A DNA stretch of 64,000 bases from Raillietiella orientalis (GCA_036172245.1 JAYWIR010000047.1:744001-808000), one strand, 5' to 3'. Positions 13,300 to 26,300 are shown, numbered from the stretch's first letter. Notes: a model not told the origin generated them from the letters alone. Numbers and translations: made by a program.

Positions 13300-15900
13300 C
13301 CGGACGCGCCCCGCCGAGTCCTGCCCGCCCCTAACGACCTCTTCCTAGCTTGTCCGGGTCCGGTGAGCGCAGCGGCGGCCCAAGGCTCGCGGGCACCGAC
13401 CACAATTACCACCGTAGCAAGGAGCAGTCCCCGAGGAAGGCGAGCGCGGCTCGCGGAAGCCGGACGGATGCGCAGGCGGCGAGCGTACCGCACCTCCCTC
13501 TGACGCATTCGCGGAGAAAAGCGGACAACCCGCTACCATCTCCCCCCGCCCCCCTCGACGCTCGCCCTTTCGTCGCCGCGGCCGCTCGTCCCTCGCCGTT
13601 CCTGTCCCTGCTCCCCGCGAGCCCCCCGCTCTGGTCTGGTTCGGTCACCATGCGCGCTCGAGAGAGGCGTACGCTGGCATGCCTGTCCCGCTTCTCGCGC
13701 AGCCCCCTCCCGCCCACCTTCCGGGACCTTGCCCTCCCTGCAGCATGGCCGGCCAGCTGCCGCTGCCGTTTGGCAGCCACCATCCAAGAAGAGTGGCAGC
13801 CGAGGGCTCTCTCCGCCCGTTGCTCAGGAAACGCCTATTTTTAAACACGACAGGCTCCAGCAGGATCGATAACCGACCTCGCGCGCCCCCTCGAGACCCG
13901 CTGCCGCTGCCCTAGCAGGGGGAGCTCCAATCGCCCATCTCTCTCCCCCTCTCTTCTCGCGGGAAAGGTTTCCCTCGTGCTTTCTCTCCCGGCAGCATCA
14001 CCCCCGTCGAGCAATCCTCCCGGGAAGGCGCGGTCTGTCGCGCGTCCTCAGCACGCGCCCCGTCCAGGGGCGCACAAGGCCCTTCCCACCCAGTGGAATT
14101 TCCTCTGAACTTCCTTGCTCCGCTCCCCCGAGGGACGGCCGCGGCCGCGGCCCTGCGAAGAAGCTCCTTTCTGCCGCGCACGAGCGCACGGAGGCCGGGA
14201 GGATGCGTTGTCTCGCCGGTCTGCCTCAGCTTCCCCGTGGACCCCGGATCGAAGGAGGCCACCGCCCCCTCCCCTTCCTTCCTTCCGGACGAGATTGCTC
14301 CTCGCTTTCTCCTAGCGCTCGTTGTCGTCTTCGTCGACGACTTCTTGAGCGGCGTGTCGCAGCTCCGGCGTTCACCCCTCTCCTGCGCGGCTCCTGGCGG
14401 GGTCGCCTGGGCTGCCGGCGTCATACTCCGCCGTCGTCGCCGCCGCCGCCGCGACCGAGGGAGGGGAGGGGATGCTCACAGGGAGCTCCGTGTTTTGTCG
14501 AGGGGGCTCCCGCACATGTGACCTCGTGCACCTGAGGATCGCTCCGCGGAGATTTCGCAGTCGCGCCTTCCGGATCCCAGCGCCCGCGGCTTCGCAGCTG
14601 GGGTGGCTGCATCTCACGAGCCGCGCCGGCGCCCCTTCGGGCGATCCTTGCCTGCATGGGGCGCCTCGTCCCTCCGACGATGCAGCATCTTTTTGCGGCC
14701 TCTCCACTTCTCCCTGCGCTCGCTCGCAGTGCGTGTGGGAAGGGGGGGAAAAAGGAAAAAAGAAAAAAACATGAAACCCGTCGGTGTGGTCATAGCAACC
14801 GAGACAGTGTGTCATGGACAAAACGAAAATGCAAGCCTTCTTCTAATGGCTTTTCTTCCCTCTTCCCGTGTGCCGTCTCTGCCCCCAGGACCGAGTTGCT
14901 ATTCCACAATGTGACCAACTAGTACGTCCCTCATCCTTGCCACCACAAAAATTCCGTTCCTCCCTCCTTTTTGCCCCTCCTCCTCATCTCCATTGGCAAT
15001 TTCCGCGCGTAACTCACAACCTGACAATTTTTTTTTTTAAGGGAGGGGGGGAGTAGACTATCAAGGATTCGACCAAAAGTCCCATCCTCCTTCGGTAGGA
15101 ACCCTTCCCCTAATCAGCCTGCACAGGCGTCTTCCAGATATCTGACGAGATGGTACCCCTGTGTAAACGTAAATGCTCCCCTGTACGTAAGCAAACCTCC
15201 CTATTCGGTCGCTTCGTTGCGAGCCATGTTATCACATTGGGTATATTCTTATTGTGCATCATTCGAGACTGCTATCTAGGATTGCTGTACGAATCCGAAT
15301 CCCCAGGAATTGCTTTACTGCTTTATTACCTGTTTCCTGGGAATGCAGTAGTAGTGCATTTGTTATTCTGTTAGCTCCGTTAGAGTGAATCATTGGGTCT
15401 CTTTAGTGATAAAATCCAAAAATAACCACCTCAAGCAGTACTATATCACTGCCTCACATTAGAGGGTTGAAAGTGATCTTAATAAATCAACCTTGTGAAC
15501 ACTGGATACATTCAATAAACTACTTTTTTATATCAAGGAAACGAGGCATCTGCTACGTGAAGTAGGTGCCACCAACCAGCCATGTTGCAAATAATGGAAG
15601 AAAACCCGGTGTGAGATGGGTACGGCGATGACTGCGCAGACGGAAGGAGCGCACCTCGGCCCTGGAGTGACTTGTTGCAACCCTGCCATCCGCCTAACAA
15701 TCAGCGAGAAACTCGAAAGCTGGGAAGTGGCATTCACTCATGTCCGTCTCCAAGTGCACATCATCGAGGGCGAACGAAATCACTGCTAACTTTGTGAATC
15801 ATCTGACAACGTTGAAGCAAGACCTGCTATGTTCCGGATTCTACACAATACATTTCAAGTAAACAAATCTACGCTTCCTCGCCCCCCCCTTTTTTTTCTT
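13300..15900 (+). mobile_element. Decayed L1/Tx1-like LINE RT to C-terminus
   Basis: LRPLLRKRLFLNTTGSSRIDN (RL..LL....Q......RSI.DN), GCVVSPVCL (QGCPLSP) and VVFVDDFL (YADD) occur in order at 13800-14350. Confidence 0.6.
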
Positions 15901-15912
15901 TTTTCTCTCCCT

Positions 15913-15918
<6 letters not shown>

Positions 15919-15960
<42 letters not shown>
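15919..15960. repeat. (CT)21 microsatellite
   Basis: Read directly from the sequence. Confidence 0.95.
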
Positions 15961-15963
<3 letters not shown>

Positions 15964-16549
15964 AGTAGCGCATTCCAAGAGCTTCGTTCGGGTAAAGCAG
16001 CAGCACCTAGCGACCAGGCAAGCCACTCCCATCACAAAGTGCTTTTCCTCACTTTCTCTCCAGATGGCAGAACCAACAGACGCACGTATTGCGGGAAAAA
16101 AAAAAAAAAAAATGCCAGATCATGCAATATAGATCCCATACATTTCTAGAGACCACATTTTAGACGTTTCTCCCTTGAGTATCATGATGTTGAAAAGGCA
16201 GATCCGAATAGCTGGAAAAATGTTCACATGGGCGGAAAACACTGTTTAATCTGAAGCAAAGCATTTACATGCTCCTACATCATTTAAACGAGAGGGTCTC
16301 CTTTATTAAATACAAGGAGAACATTTTCCCGGAAAATTACCTGAAAGTACAGAGTGCAATCACGATTTTGTATGCTTGGAAGCGCGTCTGCCAATCCATC
16401 ACCAGATGCCAAAGATCCTTGGATGAAAGCAAAAAAAAAAGATGACTTTAGAGAGAAATCAAAGGATACTTGAAATACAAAGTACGTCCTCGTAAAATGT
16501 ACGTGAAGCTTTGCCGTGTAGCATTCGTTATTTCGTCCTACATTTTAGT

Positions 16550-17480
16550 CATACCCAAAAGGCCGCGAAGCGATTCGCGTCCTTGAGCCTTGCAGGGGCG
16601 TCTTCACTTCCGGCAGACAACCGTTGCCGCTCCCTTTGACCCTTCTCGACCCCGAAAAAACAGAGCGCTCCCCGGAGAATATATCGTCTCGCTGTCACGC
16701 TTTGCGCGTATGCAGAACTCTCTGTCTCTGCTGCAAGATTGACAATGCACGCGTGCAGGCCGCGTCCTGCGTGACGACCGACTAGCATCCGACTAGCATG
16801 TAAGAGGGAATGCAGGTTTTTCATCGTACTGTCCATCCCGTGCGATCGAATCCTTAGAGAAAACGAAACAGTGCGGCAGTCCGAGAACGTCGCCGAACTG
16901 TGAGTTTCTTTTCGGCCTGGTCTTTTCCAGCGGCTTCCAGAGGTCGCGGGCGCAAAGGATTTCCCAATACCTTGAAAGAATAACAAAACCTGAAGGAAAG
17001 AATGCCTTCCTTGACGATCCTGCTCTGAGAGAGAGAGAGAGAATGGGAGGGTCGTAGAGTCGCAGACTGGTGGGGCGATTCGTGAAAAAAGCGGAAAGGT
17101 TGCCACCCATTCTAGGCAGTTTTTGAGGGGAAAACAAAAAATCTTTCCGGTACCAAGAATCTTCGTCTCATTCTCTCCTTCGTCCGAAATTCCCATGCGT
17201 ACTAACTTTTATCTGTCGTCTCCGCAGCGACAACGGCGGAACGAAAAAGCTTGCTCTCTCTGCAAACCCTGGGGGGAAGGCATTTTACTCAGTGGCAAAG
17301 GAGCAGGTGGCAACAGGATGATGCACGCAGAGATGCGCGCGTCTCTGAACAAAGGTTTCGATGTCTGGAGGAACTCGAGGTGGTTCAGTGACTGGCGCAA
17401 CCAACCTTCGAGCTTCTGACACCTGGTCTTCGTCCTCTCCTAGCAAGGTTTCTTCCGAAAGAGTCTCTGTCGGCTAAGGA
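16550..17480 (-). mobile_element. Decayed LINE post-RT fragment
   Basis: ORF 16549-17196 contains TKILGT and SLSL segments in the order expected for L1-clade ORF2. Confidence 0.45.
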
Positions 17481-17499
17481 TCCCTCTCTTCAGCATTGA

Positions 17500-18700
17500 A
17501 AGTGACTTGTCTTGAAGGTGCACAACAGTCAGGAGACATCTCCTCTTCATTGGAAAGCATCACTCCCGTTTTCGTTCTTCTTCTTCACCCTTTTTTTTTT
17601 TTTACCACAAAAAAATACAATAATGATGCATACTCAGTTGGTGATGCTTTATTACAAAAGTTCAACAAAGAGATTCACCTTGGAGATAACCTCGAGATTC
17701 TCGCTGACTTTAGAAGGTTAAACCGTTACCAGTGAAAGTCATTACGGGCTTTCCAAAACGACGCAGCGGCAGCTACGGCATCACGAGTCGGCTGTTTAGA
17801 GGTGCGAGGAGTGGGGGGCAGTCGTTACGAATTTTTCTCCCGGACCATGCATCTCTGCAGATTTCGCTACCAAGTCCTCGAAGAAGCCGAAAGAAGAAAA
17901 GGAACTTTTGCAGCATATTTCGATCGGCATAAAAAAAAGATAAAGAAAGAAATACGCAGCCAAAGGATCCCTGACCCCTTCAATCTCCTGCAGTTCTTTG
18001 GTTGTGCGGGAAAACCCAGTGAAGGGAGAGAAACGTGGTTTCCAGGGCTCTCCCGTTCACGTGTGATCCGAACATTTCGAGGGAAGAAGAAAAACGAAAA
18101 AGGAGAGAACTGCACTCACACATGGGCGATTTCAAGGTGGTCGTCCGGATTCGAAAATGCGTCCACTCCAGTCGGCCCCTTCTTTCCGCGCTCGGCGCGA
18201 CCCTACGCGGCTCATCAGATCGGGCTTGTAACGTAGGCTTGTTGTTGTCTTTTCGCCGCCGCGGACATTGTTGCCGGCAACGGGTCTATTTTTATGCACG
18301 GCGAACTTGAGCAGCAGGATCGATAACCGAACGGCAACCTCCTCCCCCCCTCATTGTTACCCCAATCTGGAACATCTATATTTAGTCGCTTGACGGATCG
18401 ATAAGTGGCGAGTGACAAGGAGCACGGCAGTCCGTTGAGGGGGGGGGGGGCTACGCGAAATTGTCGCGCCTTCCCATGGGAACGTCCAAGGGGGGGGGGA
18501 GACCGAAGGGTCACTTCGCTGACCGAAGGGTCCTCTTGCAACCCACGGAAAAAGGTTAAAAAGCGTTTTCAGCGTGTGGCATTGGGTGTGGGCAATAAAG
18601 ACGATGTTGCTGCCGTGCGGGGAAGCACCCGACAGGACGCGCCCTCCCAATGCACGTGATGACTGCGTGTGCTTTAAAAGGTTTTCCTTGCTGTTGCGAA
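17500..18700 (+). mobile_element. Decayed LINE ORF2 fragment, same family as 13300-15900
   Basis: Nucleotide match ctattttta...cagcaggatcgataaccga at about 18286-18330 and 13836-13876; FPGLSRSRVIRTF resembles SPGPDG..AEFY.TF. Confidence 0.5.
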
Positions 18701-20150
18701 TCTCGCAGAACAGCTGAAATGGATGGCGGGATGGTTCGTCCCGATGAGCGGAATTGAAAGACGGGAAAGTCGGTCCTGGCACATCCGCTGACCGTTTCGT
18801 TGAGGCCCGACACATCCGTTTCGACGCTGCACCGTGTTCGGAGCCGTCTGATGCATATCCAGAAGCGATAAGGTGGCCAACGAAGATGCGAACCTTAGCT
18901 TGATTTTGATGGTTCCCCGCTTCCTCTTGACGATGCGACGGCGAACGCCGCATCGTCAAGAGGAAGCGGGGAACCATCAAAAGGAAAAGTGTCCCTTTCC
19001 GCTTTTTCTCCTTCCTTCCATCTTCCAAAGAGTCTCTTTGAAAGTGGATGGTTCTTATTGGTATTGACCCCACCGCAGACAGTGAGCAACGTTTGAATCG
19101 GTCCATCAGCCTACTTGGGCGCTTGAGGGAGAGAGACCTTCGCTAGAGTTTCTTTGGTTTCCCCAACTCAGCAAGCACTCCTTCGACTCCCGTACCATCA
19201 CATCTACTCAGCCTCCCACCTCCCACCTACACTATCATGAGAGCCGAGGCTTTCCGCCACTGTTGAATCATTTCCTGGAATAGGGCCCAAGCCTGGACCG
19301 ACGCGAAACGACCTTCCGGTCCCCGAACGATAGGGGGCCGGAGCTCCTCGCCAGTCTCCACGGGCGCACCACCTGCCGTTTCCGTGCTCGGGAAAGCAAG
19401 AGCGTGGCACCCCGTGCAACCAACCCCGTTGTCATGGAATGCGCTACCGACCGTTTCGGTCGATGGCAAAGGCAGAGAGAGGAACCCCAATAAGCGAGCG
19501 AAAGAGCGATGGGAGACTCTGGAGGAAGAATCAAGCGCTCTCGCCCCCTCTCTCAACTCTGCCCCGCGTCGGCAAGGCGACGGAGACAGAGGCGATACGA
19601 CGCTCGGTTTTTTTATTACCTGCATCCTGTGACTCTCCGGGAACATTGCCATCGGTAGTTCCGCTCCTGCGAGGGAGATCCCAGCGGCTTCCTCAGGGAA
19701 GTTACGCATCCTCTGCCTTTTCACCATCTTCAGGTCCACCCTCGACCTCGGACCGCCGTAGCAGGGATGCATGGAAGGGCTGAGGAAAGTGGTGTGATCC
19801 GGCTGCTGCAAGTTTGGAGATCGTGAGCGAGGCTGTGGCAGAATCCGAGCCAGGAGAGGAGGTCTGCTAGAAAGGGTCGGGGTGAGGAGAACGGCGTTGC
19901 CAGGCACGACAGTGGGGAGCGCTCGTGTCACGGTGAAGCGCACGCTCCGCGTGATAAGCGGAGATCGAAGGGATCGGTTGTCAGCCGGAGCTCGTTTCCA
20001 AGGCGGCTCGGCCTGCGGGAAGCATAGCCCCGCTGCAGGTGTTGTTCTCTTGCCACCGAATGCTCCCCTCCTCCCTCCTTCATCCCTTCTTCTAGAAGCG
20101 GTAGGGATTACGGAACCTGTTCCCACGCGCAGACTCGGGAAGACTCGCGT
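18700..20150 (-). mobile_element. Decayed LINE RT fragment
   Basis: ALDSSSRVSHRSFARLLGFL (AFDRVSH.FL), PVETGEELRP (GVRQG), SAVGSIPIRT and KVRIFVG (KILG) in order. Confidence 0.5.
18904..18982. repeat. Perfect 34-bp inverted repeat with 11-nt loop
   Basis: ttttgatggttccccgcttcctcttgacgatgcg - acggcgaacgc - cgcatcgtcaagaggaagcggggaaccatcaaaa. Confidence 0.97.
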
Positions 20151-20698
20151 TCCGACGCGGTTCTCCCGGACAAAGCGCGGGGGGAAGCCTCAGATTTTCC
20201 GGCTTCCGGAGAGTCTTTCTGCCCGCCTCTCCCTACCCGTCGCTTCCGGGCTGTGCCGCAGGTTTCACGACTCGACCACTTCCAGGTTTTGGGATGGAGG
20301 AGGAACCGGCGCGGGAGCAGAGTTCCCGCTCCACCAAAGCTCACACGCCGTGGTGCGGTGGATCGACCGTGGAAAAACCTCCAGCAATGAAAGGCTTTTT
20401 TTTTTTTGGCTTTTGCAGGGAGGAGGGGGGGGGGTCCGGAGAGTCCTGTGAGGATGCGGTACGGTAGCGGGAGGAAGCGGCGACGGGGAGGAGAGGGTAA
20501 CTTTTTGTGTGCTGGGAGGGATCGAGACGCCGTGGGGGGGGAGGGGCAATCCACCGATGGCAAATTCGGCGGCGTCCGCGGGGGGCAAAAACGCGGGCCC
20601 ACACTGGAAATGAAGAAGAGGAACGCCTCCCAGAAGGGGGTTCGGTGGATGCGTGCTCTCTCGAAGTCCTCCCATTCCGTATGGGCGCTCAGCCGTGA

Positions 20699-20722
20699 CG
20701 ATCACGTGTGCACACGTGATCG
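20699..20722. repeat. Perfect 24-bp palindrome containing two CACGTG
   Basis: cgatcacgtgtg|cacacgtgatcg. Confidence 0.95.
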
Positions 20723-21149
20723 ATTCGAATCATCCAGGCTGTTCGGGAGCGTGCCCCCGCGAAACGCAGGAAAACTTGGGAAATCGTTGAATTCACTTCA
20801 CCTTTTCATGGGCAAAATTAAAAAAGGAAAAAAAAGTTCTCGTGGGAAGGGGTAGGGGCGGAATGAGGGGAGGAGAGGGGGAGAGGAAAAAAGAAAAGGA
20901 AAAAAAAAATTCCTTTTTTTTTTGTGCGCGTGTGTTGCATAGGAACTTGCATTCTCAGCCGCGTGAGTGAACAGCCAACTTGGTTTGCTGAACTTTGCTG
21001 CTGTTCGCTACAGGGGAACCTCCCCCCTCCCCCCCCGAAAGCTCAACCATCACCGAGCGACCGCATCACCATCTGTCGATACTTAATGAAGTTACTCCAC
21101 CCACGTGTGTCCCTTCAACCGTTTACTCGAAATTATTTGTAAGACCGGG

Positions 21150-22900
21150 CGGGAAGTTACCTTATCTATCTAGAGTCATGATCATTCTTTGGTAAGTGGC
21201 ACGCGGAGGCACGGCCAGATCACATCCGTGACAGCCGAGCTGCACTGCGTAGGCATCGCAACACTCACGTCCAGGGTTCGCGTTGCCACCTTCGCATTGG
21301 CGTTTCTTCGAGATCGCGGCTCCAGGGGAGCGCTTCGCAACCCATTCCCCCCTCACTCAGGGGGACTTTGGGGTGATGCAAGTACCACACGTACTGTGAT
21401 CTCCATCCATGACCCCTCCTTCCCTCCCCCTCCCGACTTTCGCCTTCCACGCCGACCGCTCTTTCGAGGGGCGCGAGGAGTCGCGCGGCGTTTGGCGCTC
21501 TCCCTTCCGCTTCTGTTCGTCCGGAGAGCGAACGCTGGCGCAGGGAGGGACGCTGAGGCTCCTGGAGGTGAGATGAGATCTCTTAGAGGTGCCTCCAGAG
21601 GAGAGGGGAGGGGGTGGGGGAAGAGGAACAGAAAGAAAGAGCCGGAAGGTCACGCGCCGGCGTGGTCGAACGCAACGGGTTGGCATCCCACCTACGAGGC
21701 AGCTCCATGAAAGTTTCGCTACTGGAAAAAGAGAGTACGCGGCAACGAAAATGTTGTCGAAAGTCTTGAGATCCGCATCTCCGGAGCCGAAACCGCACAA
21801 GAGCTGATCTCCTCTTCAGCTTCTTCCAGGAAATTGATTCGGACTTGGCTGTTTTGAGCGCTGTGCTCAGGTGTCGTCCGGCTCTTCCCTCAGACCACCT
21901 AGATGTGTACCAAGTGCCTCAGGGGAAGGAGACGGCAAGCCTCGCGCAAGCCTACGTTCCAACAGCTCGGAGCGAGGTGGAAAGTGGTGGTGATCACCGT
22001 GCCTCGTCACGAAAAGGATGATGCGTACCTCCTTCCTTCTCCCATGGTTACGAAAACTAGATGCTTTCGCTTACCCGTATACTCTCGCAGCCAAGGAGCC
22101 TCCTTTGAAACTCCTGTGCTGCTCTCTCAAGAAAAAGTGCTCCCGTGGTCTTTGGGAATATGAGGGAGGGGGGGACCTGCACGTCTGCACTCAGTTTTCT
22201 GAGCCCACGGACTTCCTAACTTGGCTACGCCAGTGGCAACCACAACCCAAGGATGAGGTTGGTTAGCTAATTGAGAGTGGACAGCTCGTGGGTCAGCAAT
22301 TTGTTGGTGCCTCTCTCGCAACGTTCCCTCACCTCTTCCATGACTCGTGGGGGTTCCCGGAGATTTTCCCTAGCGAGGACTTTGAGGATTCTATAATAAA
22401 GCCGTTCTTTCGAAGAACAATAACACAAAAAAAAAACATAGAGTTTGGAGACGCGAAGAGTAGCCTGATGCTGTTTCGCCCTAGGATCCGCAACGTACTT
22501 GTGGTGGAGAAACGCGACGCATGAGCGCTCTAGCGGATACTTTGGGAAAGAATCAGCTTCGCGCTGCGTCCGCCAGCTGCACATGGAAGACCGCACTCCG
22601 TCTTGCACAGGTCCTCCGATCTACGGTTCGCCCGCTCCACTTGTATGGGGTCTTCTTTACTGCCCTCAGGGAAGATTGGAAGGGGGGGGGGGGTTAGATC
22701 GGTCTCTGAGCGCCCTCTCGGGTCGTTGCCGAGCTCGGTCTTCCTTCCTTCCAGGCGGTGACTCGGCTCACCCGGCGGCGGGAACGACTAGAACGCCAGC
22801 TCCCTCCCTCCGTCCCGCATCCCCTTGGGCCGGCCTCCACATACCACAGCCACCGTCCAGGTGAAATACTGAAGGAGTCGGAGACAACGCAGGCGAGGGG
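21150..22900 (+). mobile_element. Decayed LINE RT/C-terminal fragment
   Basis: Weak ordered similarity: ATFALAFLRD...SG, ATGWHP, FLLPWLRKL. Confidence 0.35.
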
Positions 22901-22949
22901 GGGGGGCGCCCGAACGCCAGGTCGCGACGGTTTGCGCCGGAAGCCTCGG

Positions 22950-25900
22950 ATGGGCTACCGCCCGCAGCGGCAGGACCTCAGGAAGCAACGGGGAGGGTTG
23001 AGGAGAAGACGACGAAGGCAGAGGGACTCCTCGTGCCTTCATCCGTCCGCTTTCCTTCCTTGACGCCATCGCAGACGCCAAAGTTTGAGTAAACTAGGAA
23101 CGACGGCGGCACCCAGGAGCCGTAGTCGCCATTGAGGGTGGTCGCATGGTTTCTACGGTCACGGCTCGCGCAGAGTGGCTGCCCGAAGCACTGCCACCAG
23201 GGCGGCAGGGGATGAGGAATCAAGGAATCGGTGGCGGGGTGTATGCGGGGGTGGGAGTCGATTCCTAGATGTCTCCTGCCTTCAGCCGGCTGCTGCACGC
23301 CGTGGGAAGGGCTCGGCTCGGGCTCTTTCTGGTGCAGTGGCGTTCCGATGTCGGAGAAGAAAAAAGAGGAAGGGTGACTTTGCAAGAGGAAGGCAGCCAG
23401 CATATGCAGCCAAATAGCTTCCGCTTTGACGAATGTCATCCCTGACGTGGAAGAACGGACGGCTCCCCTTTTCATGCGAGAGCAGAAGGATCGGAATGAT
23501 ATGAGGACGGGACGTATGCTCAGTAGGTAGGTCCACAGGGAAAGGAGGACTTGAAATCGTCGCACAGAAGCAGTCCCGCTCGCTTCCCGGCAACGCGGCA
23601 GACGAGGGACGAAATCTTTCTCCCTCCATCTGTGAGAGTTGCGCGGATGCACTTTCGCCTTCCTCGATCGCTCGGAAGATGCCGCCTATGAGCATGTGCA
23701 GAGGAAGCACAGCTGCTCTGGAAAGACGGTAGGAGGCAGCAGCGGCGCCGGCCGTAGCCGGAAACTGGAATCACGCTGCAGGGTGGCCTGCCTGTCCTCG
23801 AGTAGAGAGCCTTGCCGACCAGCGGCACGCAGCCCTGCGGGCCCGCCTGCCCTTCACTGACGAAAGCGCCGGAGGCGGACGATCTCCTAGCGGCCCGTGC
23901 AGTCGGCAACGGCAACGGAGCGCAGGGAGGAGGAAGAACTGGCAGGCCCGGAGCCTTCCTGATGTTTCTTCCTCAGGAGGAAAAGGGACGGGGCCTCCTT
24001 CCCTCCTTACCCTTCCAGCCCGGCGGCGAGCACAGCCTTGGCAGCGGTCCCGCCGCACCGCCGTGCTAGCAGGACGTGCTCTCCCCGCTGGGAACTCCCC
24101 TCTGCCCGCGACACCAAGCAGGGAAGGCAACGGGTGGGACATTCCGCATCGCATTCGGGATACGCTGTGGGAGGAGTTGCCTTCTTTTGTTCTTTCTTTT
24201 TTCCCCCATCGTTCTGTCGATGGACGCGAAAGGAGAAGAAGCACCTCGGAGTCGTCCGTCCGTCCGTCCGGAGGACGGACGCCGCAGCCGCCGCATCGCA
24301 AGGCCGCGTCGCAGAGAGCTCGCTGGAGCTGCTCGTGTGGCCGCGACCTTCGCGCTTCTGCGGGAGGAGGGGAACCGTCGCCCCCGCAGCGCCGCCGCCG
24401 TGCCGAGCAAGAGAGCCTCCCCCGGGAAGCGTCCGACGCCGCCGTCCCGGCGCAGTGGACAGCCGCGGGGAGGCACACGCTCACGGGAGCCAGAGATGCC
24501 TCCAGAGACAGGCGGAGGCTTCCGCGTGGGGAACGGGAAGGGGGGGGGGGAAGGAGTCCTCAGTCGGCCAGCCTCCCGCGCGTTCCCTTGAGGATGGGGT
24601 CGTGTTCCCGGAACTCTTCGCGACCTGCGTGGGGCGAGCGGGCGGTCGCGCAGGATACGTCCGGAAGGAGGCAGGGGTGCGAGGAACGCCCCTTCCTCCC
24701 CCTCCTCCTCCCCCTCGCTCCGGCAAAGGGTTCTTCCTCCTTCCCTTCACTGCCATAAAGGGACTCAGCACAAGGCCCGCGGACGGGCGCTTGCCCTCCT
24801 CCCGCCCTCCTTTGGATGGACCAACGGAGAAGGCAGTCTTCTTGCTTCCGGCTGTTTTGCTGGGATTCCCTGGAGGAGTCCCGGCCCTGCTGCGAGGAGA
24901 GTCGCAGCGGGATCTGTAGGAGGCTGGATGAAAGAGGTCGAGGTCCGGTCCAGGAGGTAATGCGCTCCCTTTTGCCGCCGGGTGGAGGAGGTGGGCCACG
25001 CCCGGGGAGCCCTCTCTCCCCGGCTCTCCGCCGTTCCTTAGGGGTAGAGGGGAAGGGGAGGAGTGCGGAAGAAGGGGTAGGGAGAGCGTGGGACGCTAGA
25101 GACAAACCAGCTGAGTCGACTCCGCGGTCCATTGTCCTCTCTGTTTCCTCTCCTCCTTCGTCCCCTGAACACCGCTGACCTCAGAGAGGTCAGCTGTGCG
25201 AACGGCGGCTGCGGCGTCTCGAGCATGGCAGGCAGCCTGCCGGGGGAGGAGGGAGGCGTGGGGGGGGGAGAGGGTCCCTCCCTTCCGCTTTCGGGAGGTC
25301 CCGCGGGAGGGCAGGAAGGAGATGCACGCGTCCAGGCGCACTCGTCCCATGGGGACCGGAAGATCTCCGGCCGGCACCCACGGCTGCTCCCCTTGCCAGG
25401 CACGGGGGTTCGGCGCCAGAGAGCAAGCAGTCCCGGGGGCTCCTCTGGCGGGAGTCCAGGGCCGCCACGTCCACAAGGCGCCCCGAGGACGGGAGCGGGG
25501 CGGGGCAGCGTGCGCTGGGACTTTTCGTCGCGCGCGCTTGAGACGCTTCTAGAAGTTTCCGGACGCCGGACTCTCGCCAGGGGATCCTTCCGAAGATCTT
25601 CGTTGAAGAAGCCTTCACGCCCTTCACTGCTGGGCTCCCGCGCCTCCCCCGTCGGCCGCCGCCGCGCCACAGACCCCCCGCTCGTCGGTCGTCTGCCGAG
25701 GTTTCTCTTCCCCACCGCACCGCTGGCAGTGGCGCCCCGCGCCCGAAGCGCGAAAGGACGCGGAGCCGCGCTCATTAAGCGGCGGCTCATTCGAGACGCG
25801 TTGCCTGGCAGCTGCAGCGTCGTCATCGTCATCGTCATGCAGGCTGCCCCCCCCTCCGGACGGGTGGGGAATTCCTGCCTCCCCGTGCACACATCGCCAT

Positions 25901-26300
25901 GCTGTGGGAAGGGGGGAGGGGAGAAGGAAGTTCCAGGCGGGTTCCCGGCTGAGCGCGCAAGATCAGGAAATTGGGAGAGATGTGCGCGCGCAGGACGGGA
26001 GAAAATCCGTCGGGTTCGGAGCATCCGTCAGAGATAGGCGGCGGCAGCATCTTCGAAAGGAGGGAAGGAGGGGGGGGAGAGGCAGGCAGGCAAAAAAGGA
26101 AAAGAAAAAAAAAAAGAAAAAAACGTCCTTGGCTGCACATCGAGTGAAGCGGCTTTGCCGAGTGGTCACCTTGAACACGCCGGCTCGCGCTGGTGGCCGA
26201 TGGATTCACGCGTCGCACCGAGCCCGTCCGTCGTCAAGAGCACCCGAAATGGAAGAACAAAAGAGGCATCGGCTCTCTCGCAGCGCGCTCCAGGCGCGCA
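22950..26300 (-). mobile_element. Decayed GC-rich LINE ORF2 fragment
   Basis: GPGLPPEE (PGPDGLP.E), SWTGPRPLSSSLLQI...QEDCLLRWSIQ (NWRPISLL..YKI...Q...GRSI) and VLLSLWTYLL in order. Confidence 0.5.

Noticed and set aside
4299..14900. Dozens of long overlapping ORFs rich in R/P/G/A/S
   Set aside because: They occur in all six frames with no domain-like sequence; stop codons are simply rare at this GC content.
17382..17394. IR1 EcRE-like ggttcagtgactg
   Set aside because: The second half-site has mismatches; matches this weak are expected by chance.
16550..20150. One minus-strand LINE split by a nested plus-strand insertion at 17500-18700
   Set aside because: Both minus-strand pieces contain a KILG-like segment, so they look like separate copies rather than two halves.
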